DNA of 64,000 nt from Cenarchaeum sp. (lineage in GTDB: Archaea > Thermoproteota > Nitrososphaeria > Nitrososphaerales > Nitrosopumilaceae): positions 1,792,001 to 1,856,000 of the forward strand of contig CBDESU010000001.1 in assembly GCA_965242695.1 (NCBI GenBank), in the 5' to 3' direction. Below, piece after piece: positions 19,901-31,900 of the stretch. The notes beneath the pieces were generated by a model. The model ran no database searches. It worked only from the letters and a program-made list of their open reading frames with translations, and was not told the origin of the DNA. The position numbers and the translations under genes are program-made. How positions within the stretch are numbered: position 1 is the stretch's first letter; each line of letters starts with the position of its first letter.

Positions 19901-19955
19901 TGCGGCCGTTCCTCCTGCCTCGCCATTGCGGCGCGGCGCCCCACGCCGGCGAGCA

Positions 19956-22900
19956 TCACCGAGAGGCTTGAATGCGCCGCCCCGACCGCCGGCGGCGGCG
20001 CGCGGCCATCGCCGCTCCCGCCCCCACCGCAGCCAGCCCGGCGCCTGCGGCGGCCGGAACGCCGGCGTACAGCCCCGCCGCAAGCAGGGCGGCGGCCGCG
20101 CCGTGCGCCAGCACGGACGCGTCCGAGCCGTGGTCGGCCAGGGCTGCGGCCTGGAGCGCGTACAGCAGCGGCGCGATCAGGGCCGCAACCGCCTGCCGGA
20201 CCGCCGGATGCTCGCGCTCCATGTCCGCCACGTGCGGCGAAAAGGAATAGTATGCGGCCGAGAATGCCGGCATGATCGCCCGGCCGTGCCCCGTCGACAT
20301 GAGCGTCTCGTCCCTGTACTCGCGCAGCGCCTGCACCTGCGGTGCAAGCTCGGTCCCGTGCGCCGCGGTGGCGATCAGGCAGCCGCCGCCGGCGGCGCCG
20401 CCTGCGCCCGGCGCGGCAGGCTCGGGCTCGGCATTCCCGTCCCGTACCTGCGCTCCCTGCCCGCCGGCGCCGTCCGGCACGCAGCGCCCGTCGCGCAGGG
20501 CCATGCCGTCCCTGCATACGATGCCGTCCCCGGCGTCGGCCCCGTCCACGGCGGACGCTGCCGCCTCTAGGTGGGCCTCGACGCAGCCCTGGGCCGCGCC
20601 GACGGCCTCGCATATGTCGGCGTACTGAGGGTGCGCCGTCCCGAACCACTCGCGGTAGTCTGCCTGCTCTGCGTACCGCTTGACGTAGTATACGGCGCCG
20701 CGGCCCTCTTCCATCTCGAACGCCGGGCGCCCGTCCGCAGAGGATTTCGGCGCCGGATCCTGGCGTGCCGGAGTGGCATCGCTGCCGGGTGCCGCCCCGC
20801 CCGGCGCAGTGGCCGCGGGTTCGGCCTCTGGCACAGCCCCGGGCGAATCAAGCGGGCCGGCGGCGCCCGCATCGCCGTCTGGTCGGGGTCCCGTCCCCGC
20901 GCCGCCGCCTGACCCGGCCCCTGCCCCGAGCTGCTCAAACACGGCCTCGCCCGCGCAGGCGCCGCCCGTGCGCACCACCTCGGATGCCGTCGAGACGACC
21001 CTGCCGTCGGCCGAGACGGCCCTGATGGACAGTATGGAATCGTCTGGCAGGGGCGCCTCGTAGACTGCCAGGCCCGGCGCGCCCTGCAGCGCGGCCCGCT
21101 CGGCTACCGCCGACCCGCCGGACGAGAGGACGGTGACGGCAGGCTCGGACTCGCCGGCGCCGACGACTATGCGCATCGTCCCGTCGCTGCAGTCCCATGC
21201 GGCAGAGTGGAGTACGACGGCCGAGGGGCCCGCAGGGAGCGGCGATCCGCCTCCGCCTCCGCCCCTGCCGCCTCCTATTCCTACGCCCCCGCCGGAGGAT
21301 CCGCCGCCCGGTGCGCCGCCTCCCCCGCCGAGGAACGGCGCGGCCGGCGGCGCCGGGGCCGCACCCGACGGCCCGGCGGCCGGCGGCACGACCACGACGG
21401 CCGGCGGCTGGACCGCGGGCGGGCGGGCGGGCGGCGAGTCGACGGGCGCATCGGCCGCGCGCGCGGTGCCGAACAGGGTCAGGTGGTACGTGTATACGAC
21501 CTTGTCGCCGGCTTCGTCCAGGTCGATCTGGCACTCGCCGGCGCCGCCGAGCTGCGCATGCACAGGCGCAGTGCCGTCGGCGGCGCACATGGTGCCGATC
21601 GGCACGACCGCCCCGCTCGTGGCATTCACGTAGAACGCGCTGCCGCCGGCCTGGCCCGTCAGCCGTATCCGCACGGGCAGGTCGAATACGATGTGGGCGT
21701 CCGGATCGCCGACCTCGACCAGCAGTCCGAGCTCGAGCCTTGCGGGATCTAGGCCGAGCGCCTCGGCCACCCTCCCGCGCGGGAGCCCCTCGCCTGACAC
21801 GTACAGCTCGATCCTGCCGTCGGCCGGGACGTACGAGGCCGTCGCGTTCGGCGGGAACGAGACCTCGGCAAACGATGTGATGATCCTGACCTCGGCATCG
21901 CCTGGGAACACGGCGGTACCGTTGCCGCTGCCGGCGCCGGCGCCGGCCCCGGGGGCGCCGCCCCCCGGCGGGGCCGCCGGCGGCCGTACCTGCACCAGGC
22001 CCGTCACGTTGATCGCCGGGCGCGCCGCGTCGCCGGCGCCCGTCGCGTTGACCGTCCTTGCAAAGGTGTCGACGCCGACCTCGACGATCCTTTCGGGATC
22101 GGACGGCGGCACGACGACCGTGCTGAACCGCTCGCCGGGGCCGACCGGCAGGGTGCCGTTCGGGAACCATACCTGCGTGCCGTCTGCCGCGATCGCCGCC
22201 TCCAGGTCGAAGGACACCTCGATCGAGCCTCCCTGCCCGGCGCCGACGGGGGCGCCGCCGAACCGGACCGTGTGCACTGCGGTCCCGATCCCCTCCTCTG
22301 AGACCACATCCCGTACGGACGGCCTGGAGGCGCCCTCCGATGCGACCGCGACGGCCCCGTACGCTGGGCGGGCGCCTGCGGACGGCGGCAGTCCGAGTGC
22401 CGCCGAGTACTCTACTACGACCGTGCTCGGGGAGGCAAACGCCGCGCTCGCCGTTGCCCGCACGCGCGCCGGCGGCCCCTGGCCGTCCGCAAGCCCCTGC
22501 TCGAGTACCCCGGCACCGGCTGCGTTTCCGGCCCCGTCGCCCACCAGGGACAGGTCGATCGCAACCGAGCCGGCGGTGCGCAGCGGGGCCGGCGCGCCGC
22601 CGAACCCGATGCCGTGCTCCCGCGCAAGGCCCTCCGTGAACGACTCTATCGTGCGGGGGCCGCCCGGCTCTAGTTCGAGGCTCGAGTACGCCGGCGGGTC
22701 GGCGCTGGCAAGAACCGGCTCCGTATACCATACGGTCGCGCTGCTGCCGCCCGTGATCGCCGCGCGCTCCACCTCTGGCGCGATCCCGTCGGCGATGTCC
22801 CGCACGGTGGCGGGGCCAAGCTCGTTGCCGGATGCGTCCCGGACGGCGCCGCCGGCGTACGACAGGACCACCTCGTCGGGGAGCGTGTCGGCCAGGCTGC

Positions 22901-25900
22901 CATCGAGCACGAGCGCCAGCGCCGCCTCCGACACGGCCGACATGGACGCGACCGCGCTTGCGGCTGCCGCATCGGCGCCGCCCACGTGCCAGCCGCCGGC
23001 CCCGCCGGCCCCGCCGCCGTCCACGACGGCCTCGCTGAAGTTCACCCGCAGCTCTGTGCGCGAGACGGCCGCGGCACTGTCGATCATGGGCGGCTGGCCG
23101 TCGGCCAGCGCCCTGGATACGGCCCCCGGCGCAAGCTGCCTGCCGTCCTGGTCGGCGACGGACGGCCCGTCGACGGAGATGGTGCCGGTCGCGTCGGTCG
23201 CATTGGTTTCGGGGGCAAATGCGAGCTCGTGCGTCCTCGCATCGCTCCACCCAGACTCCTGCAGTACGGTGCGCGGCGCCCCGTCGACGACGAGCGAGTG
23301 GTACGCCGACGGCGGCGCCGATGCGGGGCGGCTGTACTCTATCTCGACCGTGCCGGGCCCCGCGACCCTGGCCGAGACGATCGTGGGCGACCTGCCGTCG
23401 AACAGTGCCCTGACGCTCGTCGCGTTCTCGCCAAGCGCGTTCCGCCCGCCGGCCAGGTCGAGCACGGCAGTCTCGTCCACGACGATCGTACCGCTCGCGT
23501 GCACGGGTATGGCCGAGTCCAGCCCGACGACGTGCAGCGCCGTGTTGTTGCCCTCGAACCTCGTGATCACGGGCGGCGCATCGACCGTGTCGACGGCCAG
23601 CCCCGAGTAGGCAGACGGCCCGGCCGCCACGGGCTCGCTGTAGCGCACCTCGACGGTGTCGTTCCACATGAACGCGGACAGCACGATCTCGGGGCGCTGG
23701 CCGTCGGCCAGGGCCAGTTCGGCATCCCCCGTTCCCAGCGCGATGCCGGCCCTGTCGAGCAGCCTTTCCCGGTCGACGGCAAGCATGCCCGTCGCGTTTG
23801 CCGCGGCGGCCGGTTCGCCGAACGTGAGCGAGTGGACTGCCGAAAAGCCGCCGCCTTCGGGGCCCGACGGCGCGCGGGGGCCGCCGGCTGCGAGGTCCAG
23901 CATCCCGTACGCGTCAGGATCCCTGGCGACGGGCTCGCTGTACACGATCGTCAGCACGCTGCCGCCGGTGATGCGCGCCGACTCGACGGCCGGCCTCTGG
24001 CCGTCGGCGACGGCCACCCGCCGGGGCGCCCCCATCGCATTGCCGGCCTCGTCGGCAATCCGGCTCCCGTCCACTGCAAGCGTCCCGTTCTCGCCCGTCG
24101 ATGCAGCCGGACTGCCGAACCCGACGGTATGGGTGTCCGAGGCGCCGGATTCCACGGGATCGCCCGGCTCGGGCGAGCCGCCCGCCGAAAGATCCAGCGA
24201 GGTGTACGCGCCCGACTCCCAGACGACAGGCTCGCTGTACGCGACGGTCAGGCTGTTGCCTGCCACGAGGGAGGCCGACACCGGCTCGGGCGGTATGCCG
24301 TCGGCGATCGTCCGGGCCGAGACGCGGCCCAGGGCGTTGCCTGCCGCATCCTCGATCAAGCCGTCCCCGTACGAGAGGTCTGCGCTAGGGAGCGTGCCGT
24401 TCAGGCCCCCGTCGAGCGTCAGTACGAGCGCCGGCAGGGGCGACGAGAGATCGGACCTGGACGCGACGGTGCTGCCGCCCGCATCCCGGCCGTCCACGCG
24501 CCAGCCGCCGGACCCGCCGGCGTCCGACGCGTCGCGGACGGGCTCGTCAAACGCAACCCGTATCTGCGTGCGAGACAGGGCGGTGGCGCCGATCACGCCA
24601 GGCTCTTGGCCGTCGGCCAGCGTGCGGTTTACGGGAGCCAGTCCGAACGGCCGGTCGTCCGCGTCTACGACGGCCGGCCCGTCGATGAGTATCGAGCCGG
24701 TCGCGTTCGGCGCCGCCCCCGCGGGGTCGAGGGACAGCGTGTGGAACCTCGTGCCGTTCCAGTCGTCCGGCGGGGCCGATGGCGCCCGGCCAATTCCGTC
24801 GACGACGATCGCCTGGTAGGCCGACAGCGGGGCGAACGCGGGCCTGCTGTACTCGATCACGGCCTCGCCGGATCCCGTGACCCTGGCAGAGACGATCGTC
24901 GGGGCCCTGTCGTCGTAGATGTCCTGCCGCAGCGGGTCGTCTCTGGCCAGGCTGTTTTGCCCGCCGGCCAGGTCGAGAACGGCGGTTGCGTTTATTGTCA
25001 GGGTGCCCGCCACGTTGTTCGGCGCCGCCGTGTCGAACCCGATTACGTGGACGTGCGTCGAGTTGCCCGTAAAGTTCCTGATCGCGTGGGCGGAGCTGAG
25101 GGACGTTTCATGGGACGTCAGCGTCAGCGACCGGTACGCCGATAGAGGCGCCGCTACGGGCTCGCTGTACTGGACGGTGATGTTGTTCGATCCCGTGACG
25201 GCCGACGACTTGATCTCGGGCCGCTGGCCGTCGGCCACCATCTCCCGGGACGACGCGTTGCCGCCTAGCGCGTTGCCGGACACGTCCTCCAGCCCAGTCT
25301 GGTTCACGATGAGCGTTCCGGTCGCGTTGTCGGCCGCCGCCTCGTCGCCGCCGAACGTGACCGTGTGGAGGCTCGAAGCGCCGATGCCCGCCACGCCGAT
25401 CGGCGCGCGGGGGCCGTCGGGGCCCAGATCGAGCGTCCCGTACGCGGCAACGTTCCTGCCTACGGGCTCGCTGTACAGGATCTCAATCTTGAATTCGTCC
25501 ACGACCTCGGCGGACAGTATTCTGGGGGCGATGCCGTCGCCCACGGCCCTTTGCGGCACGTCGGGCAGTGCGATGCCGGCCGCATCCCTGACGGTGGCGG
25601 TGCCGTCGTCTCCGTATGACAGCTTGATTCCGGACGGGTTGTCGGAGGATAGGTTTCCGCTCAGCCCGAGCTCGAGGACGTGCGAGCCGGCTCCCGAAAT
25701 GTCCGACCTGGACGACACCTGCGGGCCGCCGGTTCCCGTCGCGGTCCAGCCGCCGGCGTCCGACGCGGACCATGCGGCGCTGACGGTCTCGGTGAATGTG
25801 ACCTCTATCCGGTCGCGCGACACGGCCGCGGCCGCGGCTATCGCGGGGGGCTGGCCGTCCTTGACCTGCTGCCCGAGCGACTCGGTCCCGCCCGCCGCGT

Positions 25901-28900
25901 TGCCGGACTCGTCGACGAGCCGCTTCTGGTTTACCGTGAGCGTGCCGGTGACGTTGGTTGCGTCGGCGGGGTTGGCAAAAGTGAGCGTGTGCGTGCTGTG
26001 CGGTCCCGTCCCCTGGAGGACGGGCGCCCTATGGCCGTAAGAGTCGAGCGCCAGCGCCGTGTACGCGTTCTGGTCCAGGGCGACCGGCTCGCTGTAGTAG
26101 ACGTCGAGGCTGTTGCCGCCCGTCATGTTGGCGCCGAGCAGGCGGGGGGCGATGGCGTCGGCGACGGTCATAGAGGCGGCAGCCAGCCGGTTGCCCGCCT
26201 CGTCCGGGATGCCGCCCATGGGCGGAGGGGCGTACGCCAGCGTTATGCCCTGCGGGCTGTCGTCGAGCAGGCCGCCGTCGAGCGCAAGGACGAGCTCGGT
26301 CGAGGCAGCCGAGATGCCTGACCTGGAGGACACCGCGCGCGAGTTGGAGTCGCCCCCCGATATCGTCCAGCCGCCGGGGCCGCTAGCATCGGGCTCGACG
26401 ACGGGCTCGCTGAACGTTACCCGTATCTCGCTGAGGGATGTGGCCCGGGCGCCGACGATCGTGGGCTTTTGCCCGTCGGTCAGCGGCCGGTCGATCTGGT
26501 GGGGCGTGCCCGGGTTGACGACGATCAAACCCGTTGCGTTGGGCAGCACATCCGCAATGGAGTGCGTGATCGTGTGCGTGGCCGTGTGGTTGCCCGCGAC
26601 TGTGAACGAGCCGGTGCTCGTGCCGCCGATCGTGAGAGTCCCGTAAGAGGTCGAGGCGGCCGTGGCGTACGTGATCCTTACCTGGGTGGGCGATATGATC
26701 TCGGCCGATAAGACGGAGAGCGTACGAACCTCGGCGAGCGCCTCGGATCGCGCCGTGGCGCCGCCGAGCGGGTTGGGGCTCGAGGCGACATCGCGCACTT
26801 TGTTCTCGTCAATGACGGCCGAGGCCGGCGCGCCGTGGGGTATCGCGGTTCCGGGGAACATGACCGTGTGCGCGCTCGTTCCGTTGCCGGCCAGGCTGTC
26901 GGCGTCGCGCTCCGACCCGCCGTCCAGCCGGATCTTGTACGCCGCTGTCGGCGCCGTCACATTCTCGCTGTAGTAGACGGTAAAGTTGTTGCCGCCCGTC
27001 ATGTTGGCCTCGAGCAGGCGGGGGACGATGGCGTCGGCGACGGTCATAGAGGCGGCAGCCAGCCTGTTGCCCGCCTCGTCCGGGATGCCGCCCATGGGCG
27101 GAGGGGCGTACGCCAGCGTTATGCCCTGCGGGCTGTCGTCGAGCAGGCCGCCGTCGAGCGCAAGGACCAGCTCGGCAGAGGCCGCAGAGATGCCTGACCT
27201 GGAGGACACCGCGCGCGAGTTGGAGTCGCCCCCCGATATCGTCCAGCCGCCGGGGCCGCTAGCATCGGGCTCGACGACGGGCTCGTCGAACGTTACCCGT
27301 ATCTCGTTGAGAGAGGTAGCCCGGGCGCCGACGATCGTGGGCTTTTGCCCGTCGGTCAGCGGCCGGTCGATCTGGTGGGGCGTGCCCGGGTTGACGACGA
27401 TCAAACCCGTTGCGTTGGGCAGCACATCCGCAATGGAGTGCGTGATCGTGTGCGTGGCCGTGTGGTTGCCCGCGACTGTGAACGAGCCGGTGCTCGTGCC
27501 GCCGATCGTGAGAGTCCCGTAAGAGGTCGAGGCGGCCGTGGCGTACGTGATCCTTACCTGGGTGGGCGATATGATCTCGGCCGATAAGACGGAGAGCGTA
27601 CGAACCTCGGCGAGCGCCTCGGATCGCGCCGTGGCGCCGCCGAGCGGGTTGGGGCTCGAGGCGACATCGCGCACTTTGTTCTCGTCAATGACGGCCGAGG
27701 CCGGCGCGCCGTGGGGTATCGCGGTTCCGGGGAACATGACCGTGTGCGCGCTCGTTCCGTTGCCGGCCAGGCTGTCGGCGTCGCGCTCCGACCCGCCGTC
27801 CAGCCGGATCTTGTACGCCGCTGTCGGCGCCGTCACATTCTCGCTGTAGTAGACGGTAAAGTTGTTGCCGCCCGTCATGTTGGCCTCGAGCAGGCGGGGG
27901 ACGATGGCGTCGGCGACGGTCATAGAGGCGGCAGCCAGCCTGTTGCCCGCCTCGTCCGGGATGCCGCCCATGGGCGGAGGGGCGTACGCCAGCGTTATGC
28001 CCTGCGGGCTGTCGTCGAGCAGGCCGCCGTCGAGCGCAAGGACCAGCTCGGCAGAGGCCGCAGAGATGCCTGACCTGGAGGACACCGCGCGCGAGTTGGA
28101 GTCGCCCCCCGATATCGTCCAGCCGCCGGGGCCGCTAGCATCGGGCTCGACGACGGGCTCGTCGAACGTTACCCGTATCTCGTTGAGAGAGGTAGCCCGG
28201 GCGCCGACGATCGTGGGCTTTTGCCCGTCGGTCAGCGGCCGGTCGATCTGGTGGGGCGTGCCCGGGTTGATGACGATGGAGCCATCCGCACTGGGCAGCA
28301 CATCCGCAATGGAGTGCGTGATCGTGTGCGTGGCCGTGTGGTTGCCCGCGACTGTGAACGAGCCGGTGCTCGTGCCGCCGATCGTGAGAGTCCCGTAAGA
28401 GGTCGAGGCGGCCGTGGCGTACGTGATCCTCACCTGGGTGGGCGATATGATCTCGGCCGAGGGTGCGGAGAGGGAGCGGGCCTCTACGAGCGCCTCGGAT
28501 CGCGCCGTGGCGACGCCGAGCGGGTTGGGGCTCGAGGCGACATCGCGCACTTTGTTCTCGTCAATGACGGCCGAGGCCGGCGCGCCGTGGGGTATCGCGG
28601 TTCCGGGGAACATGACCGTGTGCGCGCTCGTTCCGTTGCCCTCGATCCGGTCTGCATTGCGCGCAGTCTCTCCAGCCGGCAGGATGTCGTATGCGTCGAG
28701 CGGCGCCGTCACATTCTCGCTGTAGTAGACGGTAAAGTTGTTGCCGCCCGTCATGTTGGCCTCGAGCAGGCGGGGGACGATGGCGTCGGCGACGGTCATA
28801 GAGGCGGCAGCCAGCCTGTTGCCCGCCTCGTCCGGGATGCCGCCCATGGGCGGAGGGGCGTACGCCAGCGTTATGCCCTGCGGGCTGTCGTCGAGCAGGC

Positions 28901-31900
28901 CGCCGTCGAGCGCAAGGACCAGCTCGGCAGAGGCCGCAGAGATGCCTGACCTGGAGGACACCGCGCGCGAGTTGGAGTCGCCCCCCGATATCGTCCAGCC
29001 GCCGGGGCCGCTAGCATCGGGCTCGACGACGGGCTCGTCGAACGTTACCCGTATCTCGTTGAGAGAGGTAGCCCGGGCGCCGACGATCGTGGGCTTTTGC
29101 CCGTCGGTCAGCGGCCGGTCGATCTGGTGGGGCGTGCCCGGGTTGATGACGATGGAGCCATCCGCACTGGGCAGCACATCCGCAATGGAGTGCGTGATCG
29201 TGTGCGTGGCCGTGTGGTTGCCCGCGACTGTGAACGAGCCGGTGCTCGTGCCGCCGATCGTGAGAGTCCCGTAAGAGGTCGAGGCGGCCGTGGCGTACGT
29301 GATCCTTACCTGGGTGGGCGATATGATCTCGGCCGAGGGTGCGGAGAGGGAGCGGGCCTCTACGAGCGCCTCGGATCGCGCCGTGGCGCCGCCGAGCGGG
29401 TTGGGGCTCGAGGCGACATCGCGCACTTTGTTCTCGTCAATGACGGCCGAGGCCGGCGCGCCGTGGGGTATCGCGGTTCCGGGGAACACGACCGTGTGCG
29501 CGCTCGTTCCGTTGCCGGCCAGGCTGTCGGCGTCGCGCTCCGACCCGCCGTCCAGCCGGATCTTGTACGCCGCTGTCGGCGCCGTCACATTCTCGCTGTA
29601 GTAGACGGTAAAGTTGTTGCCGCCCGTCATGTTGGCCTCGAGCAGGCGGGGGACGATGGCGTCGGCGACGGTCATAGAGGCGGCAGCCAGCCTGTTGCCC
29701 GCCTCGTCCGGGATGCCGCCCATGGGCGGAGGGGCGTACGCCAGCGTTATGCCCTGCGGGCTGTCGTCGAGCAGGCCGCCGTCGAGCGCAAGGACCAGCT
29801 CGGCAGAGGCCGCAGAGATGCCTGACCTGGAGGACACCGCGCGCGAGTTGGAGTCGCCCCCCGATATCGTCCAGCCGCCGGGGCCGCTAGCATCGGGCTC
29901 GACGACGGGCTCGTCGAACGTTACCCGTATCTCGTTGAGAGAGGTAGCCCGGGCGCCGACGATCGTGGGCTTTTGCCCGTCGGTCAGCGGCCGGTCGATC
30001 TGGTGGGGCGTGCCCGGGTTGATGACGATGGAGCCATCCGCACTGGGCAGCACATCCGCAATGGAGTGCGTGATCGTGTGCGTGGCCGTGTGGTTGCCCG
30101 TTACGCTGAACGAGCCGGTGCTCGTGCCGCCGATCGTGAGAGTCCCGTAAGAGGTCGAGGCGGCCGTGGCGTACGTGATCCTCACCTGGGTGGGCGATAT
30201 GATCTCGGCCGAGGGTGCGGAGAGGGAGCGGGCCTCTACGAGCGCCTCGGATCGCGCCGTGGCGACGCCGAGCGGGTTGGGGCTCGAGGCGACATCGCGC
30301 ACTTTGTTCTCGTCAATGACGGCCGAGGCCGGCGCGCCGTGGGGTATCGCGGTTCCGGGGAACACGACCGTGTGCGCGCTCGTTCCGTTGCCCTCGATCC
30401 GGTCTGCATTGCGCGCAGTCTCTCCAGCCGGCAGGATGTCGTATGCGTCGAGCGGCGCCGTCACATTCTCGCTGTAGTAGACGGTAAAGTTGTTGCCGCC
30501 CGTCATGTTGGCATCCAGGAGGCGGGGGACGATGGCGTCGGCGACGGCAGTGGAGACGTCCAGCATTGGGTTGCCCGCCGTCGCGTCCGCTATGCTGTCC
30601 AGGTTTCGATCGTACGCCAGCGTTATGCCCTGCGGGCTGTCGTCAAGCAGGCCGCCGTCGAGCGTGAGGACCAGCTCGGTCGAGGCCGTCGAGATGTCCG
30701 ACCTCCTGTCGACCGCGCGCGAGTTGTAGTCGCCGCCCAATATCGTCCAGCCGCCGGGGCCGGATATTCCGGATCCGGTGACGGGCTCGTCGAACGCTAC
30801 CCGTATCTCGTTGAGAGAGGTGGCCCTGGCGCCTGCGACGGAGGGGTTCTGCCCGTCGCCAAGCGTCAGGTTCATCGGGCCGACGAATATCCCCCTCGGG
30901 TCGATCGTAAACCAGCCCGTTGCCGACGGGGTGGCAACGGGATCGTCGAACCGGACCACATGCTCGCTCGTGCCGCCCCCAGTGTACCCGCCGGGCCCGA
31001 TCGCCCTGTCTATTCCCTCTACGTGGAGCGTGGCGTACTCTAGCTGGACCGCGGAGGCGTTGAATTGCACGGTCACGCTGCGGGGCCCCGTCACCTTGGA
31101 CGAGATAATGGAGACGGACCTGTCGTCTAGGACGGTGCCGGTCAGGTATCCGTCGCCCAGACGGTTGGGCGGGACGGCGTGGTCGAGCACGGCCGACGCG
31201 TTTATCGTTACGTTTCCCCGCGAGCCGCGCGGGACGGCCGCCTCCCCGGCAAGCGCCAGCACGTGCACCGCCGTGTCGTTGTCGGCTACACTGGATACGA
31301 GGTGGGTCGTGCCGCCGGCCAGCGTAACGTTGGCGTACGCCTCCCTCGGGGCGTCGACGGGCTCGCTGTACGTCACTGTCACTTCCCTGTCGTCCGTGAG
31401 GCTGGCCGAGAGCATGCGCGGGGCGATCCCGTCGGACACGCCGAGCGACCGGACGGGGGCCAGTGCGTTGCCTGACGCATCGGCGACGGGGTGATCGCCG
31501 GCGGCCTCGTACGACAGCAGTATGCCCGACGGGCTGTCGTCGGGCAGGCTTCCGTTGAGCCTGAGCGTGACCACGTTCGATCCCTCGCCTATGGCCCGCC
31601 GCGTATCCACGACAAGGTCCCCCGCCTCGCCGCCGGACACAGACCAGCCGTCGCCCCTGATGCCCAGCCCCGCGTCCGCATCCATTACGGGCTCGCTGAG
31701 CACGACGCGTATCGTGTCGCGCAACCCCTCGGACCGCACGGCCGCGGCCCCCACGACAGAGGGATACTGCCCGTCGGCGACCTGCAGGGTGAAACTGGTC
31801 CTGTTGTCCATCCGGTTGCTGCTCGCATCCGTGATCAGTGTGCCGTCGATCGTGAGCGTGCCGGTGGCGTTTGCCGCATCCCCTCCGCCAAAGAGGATCG

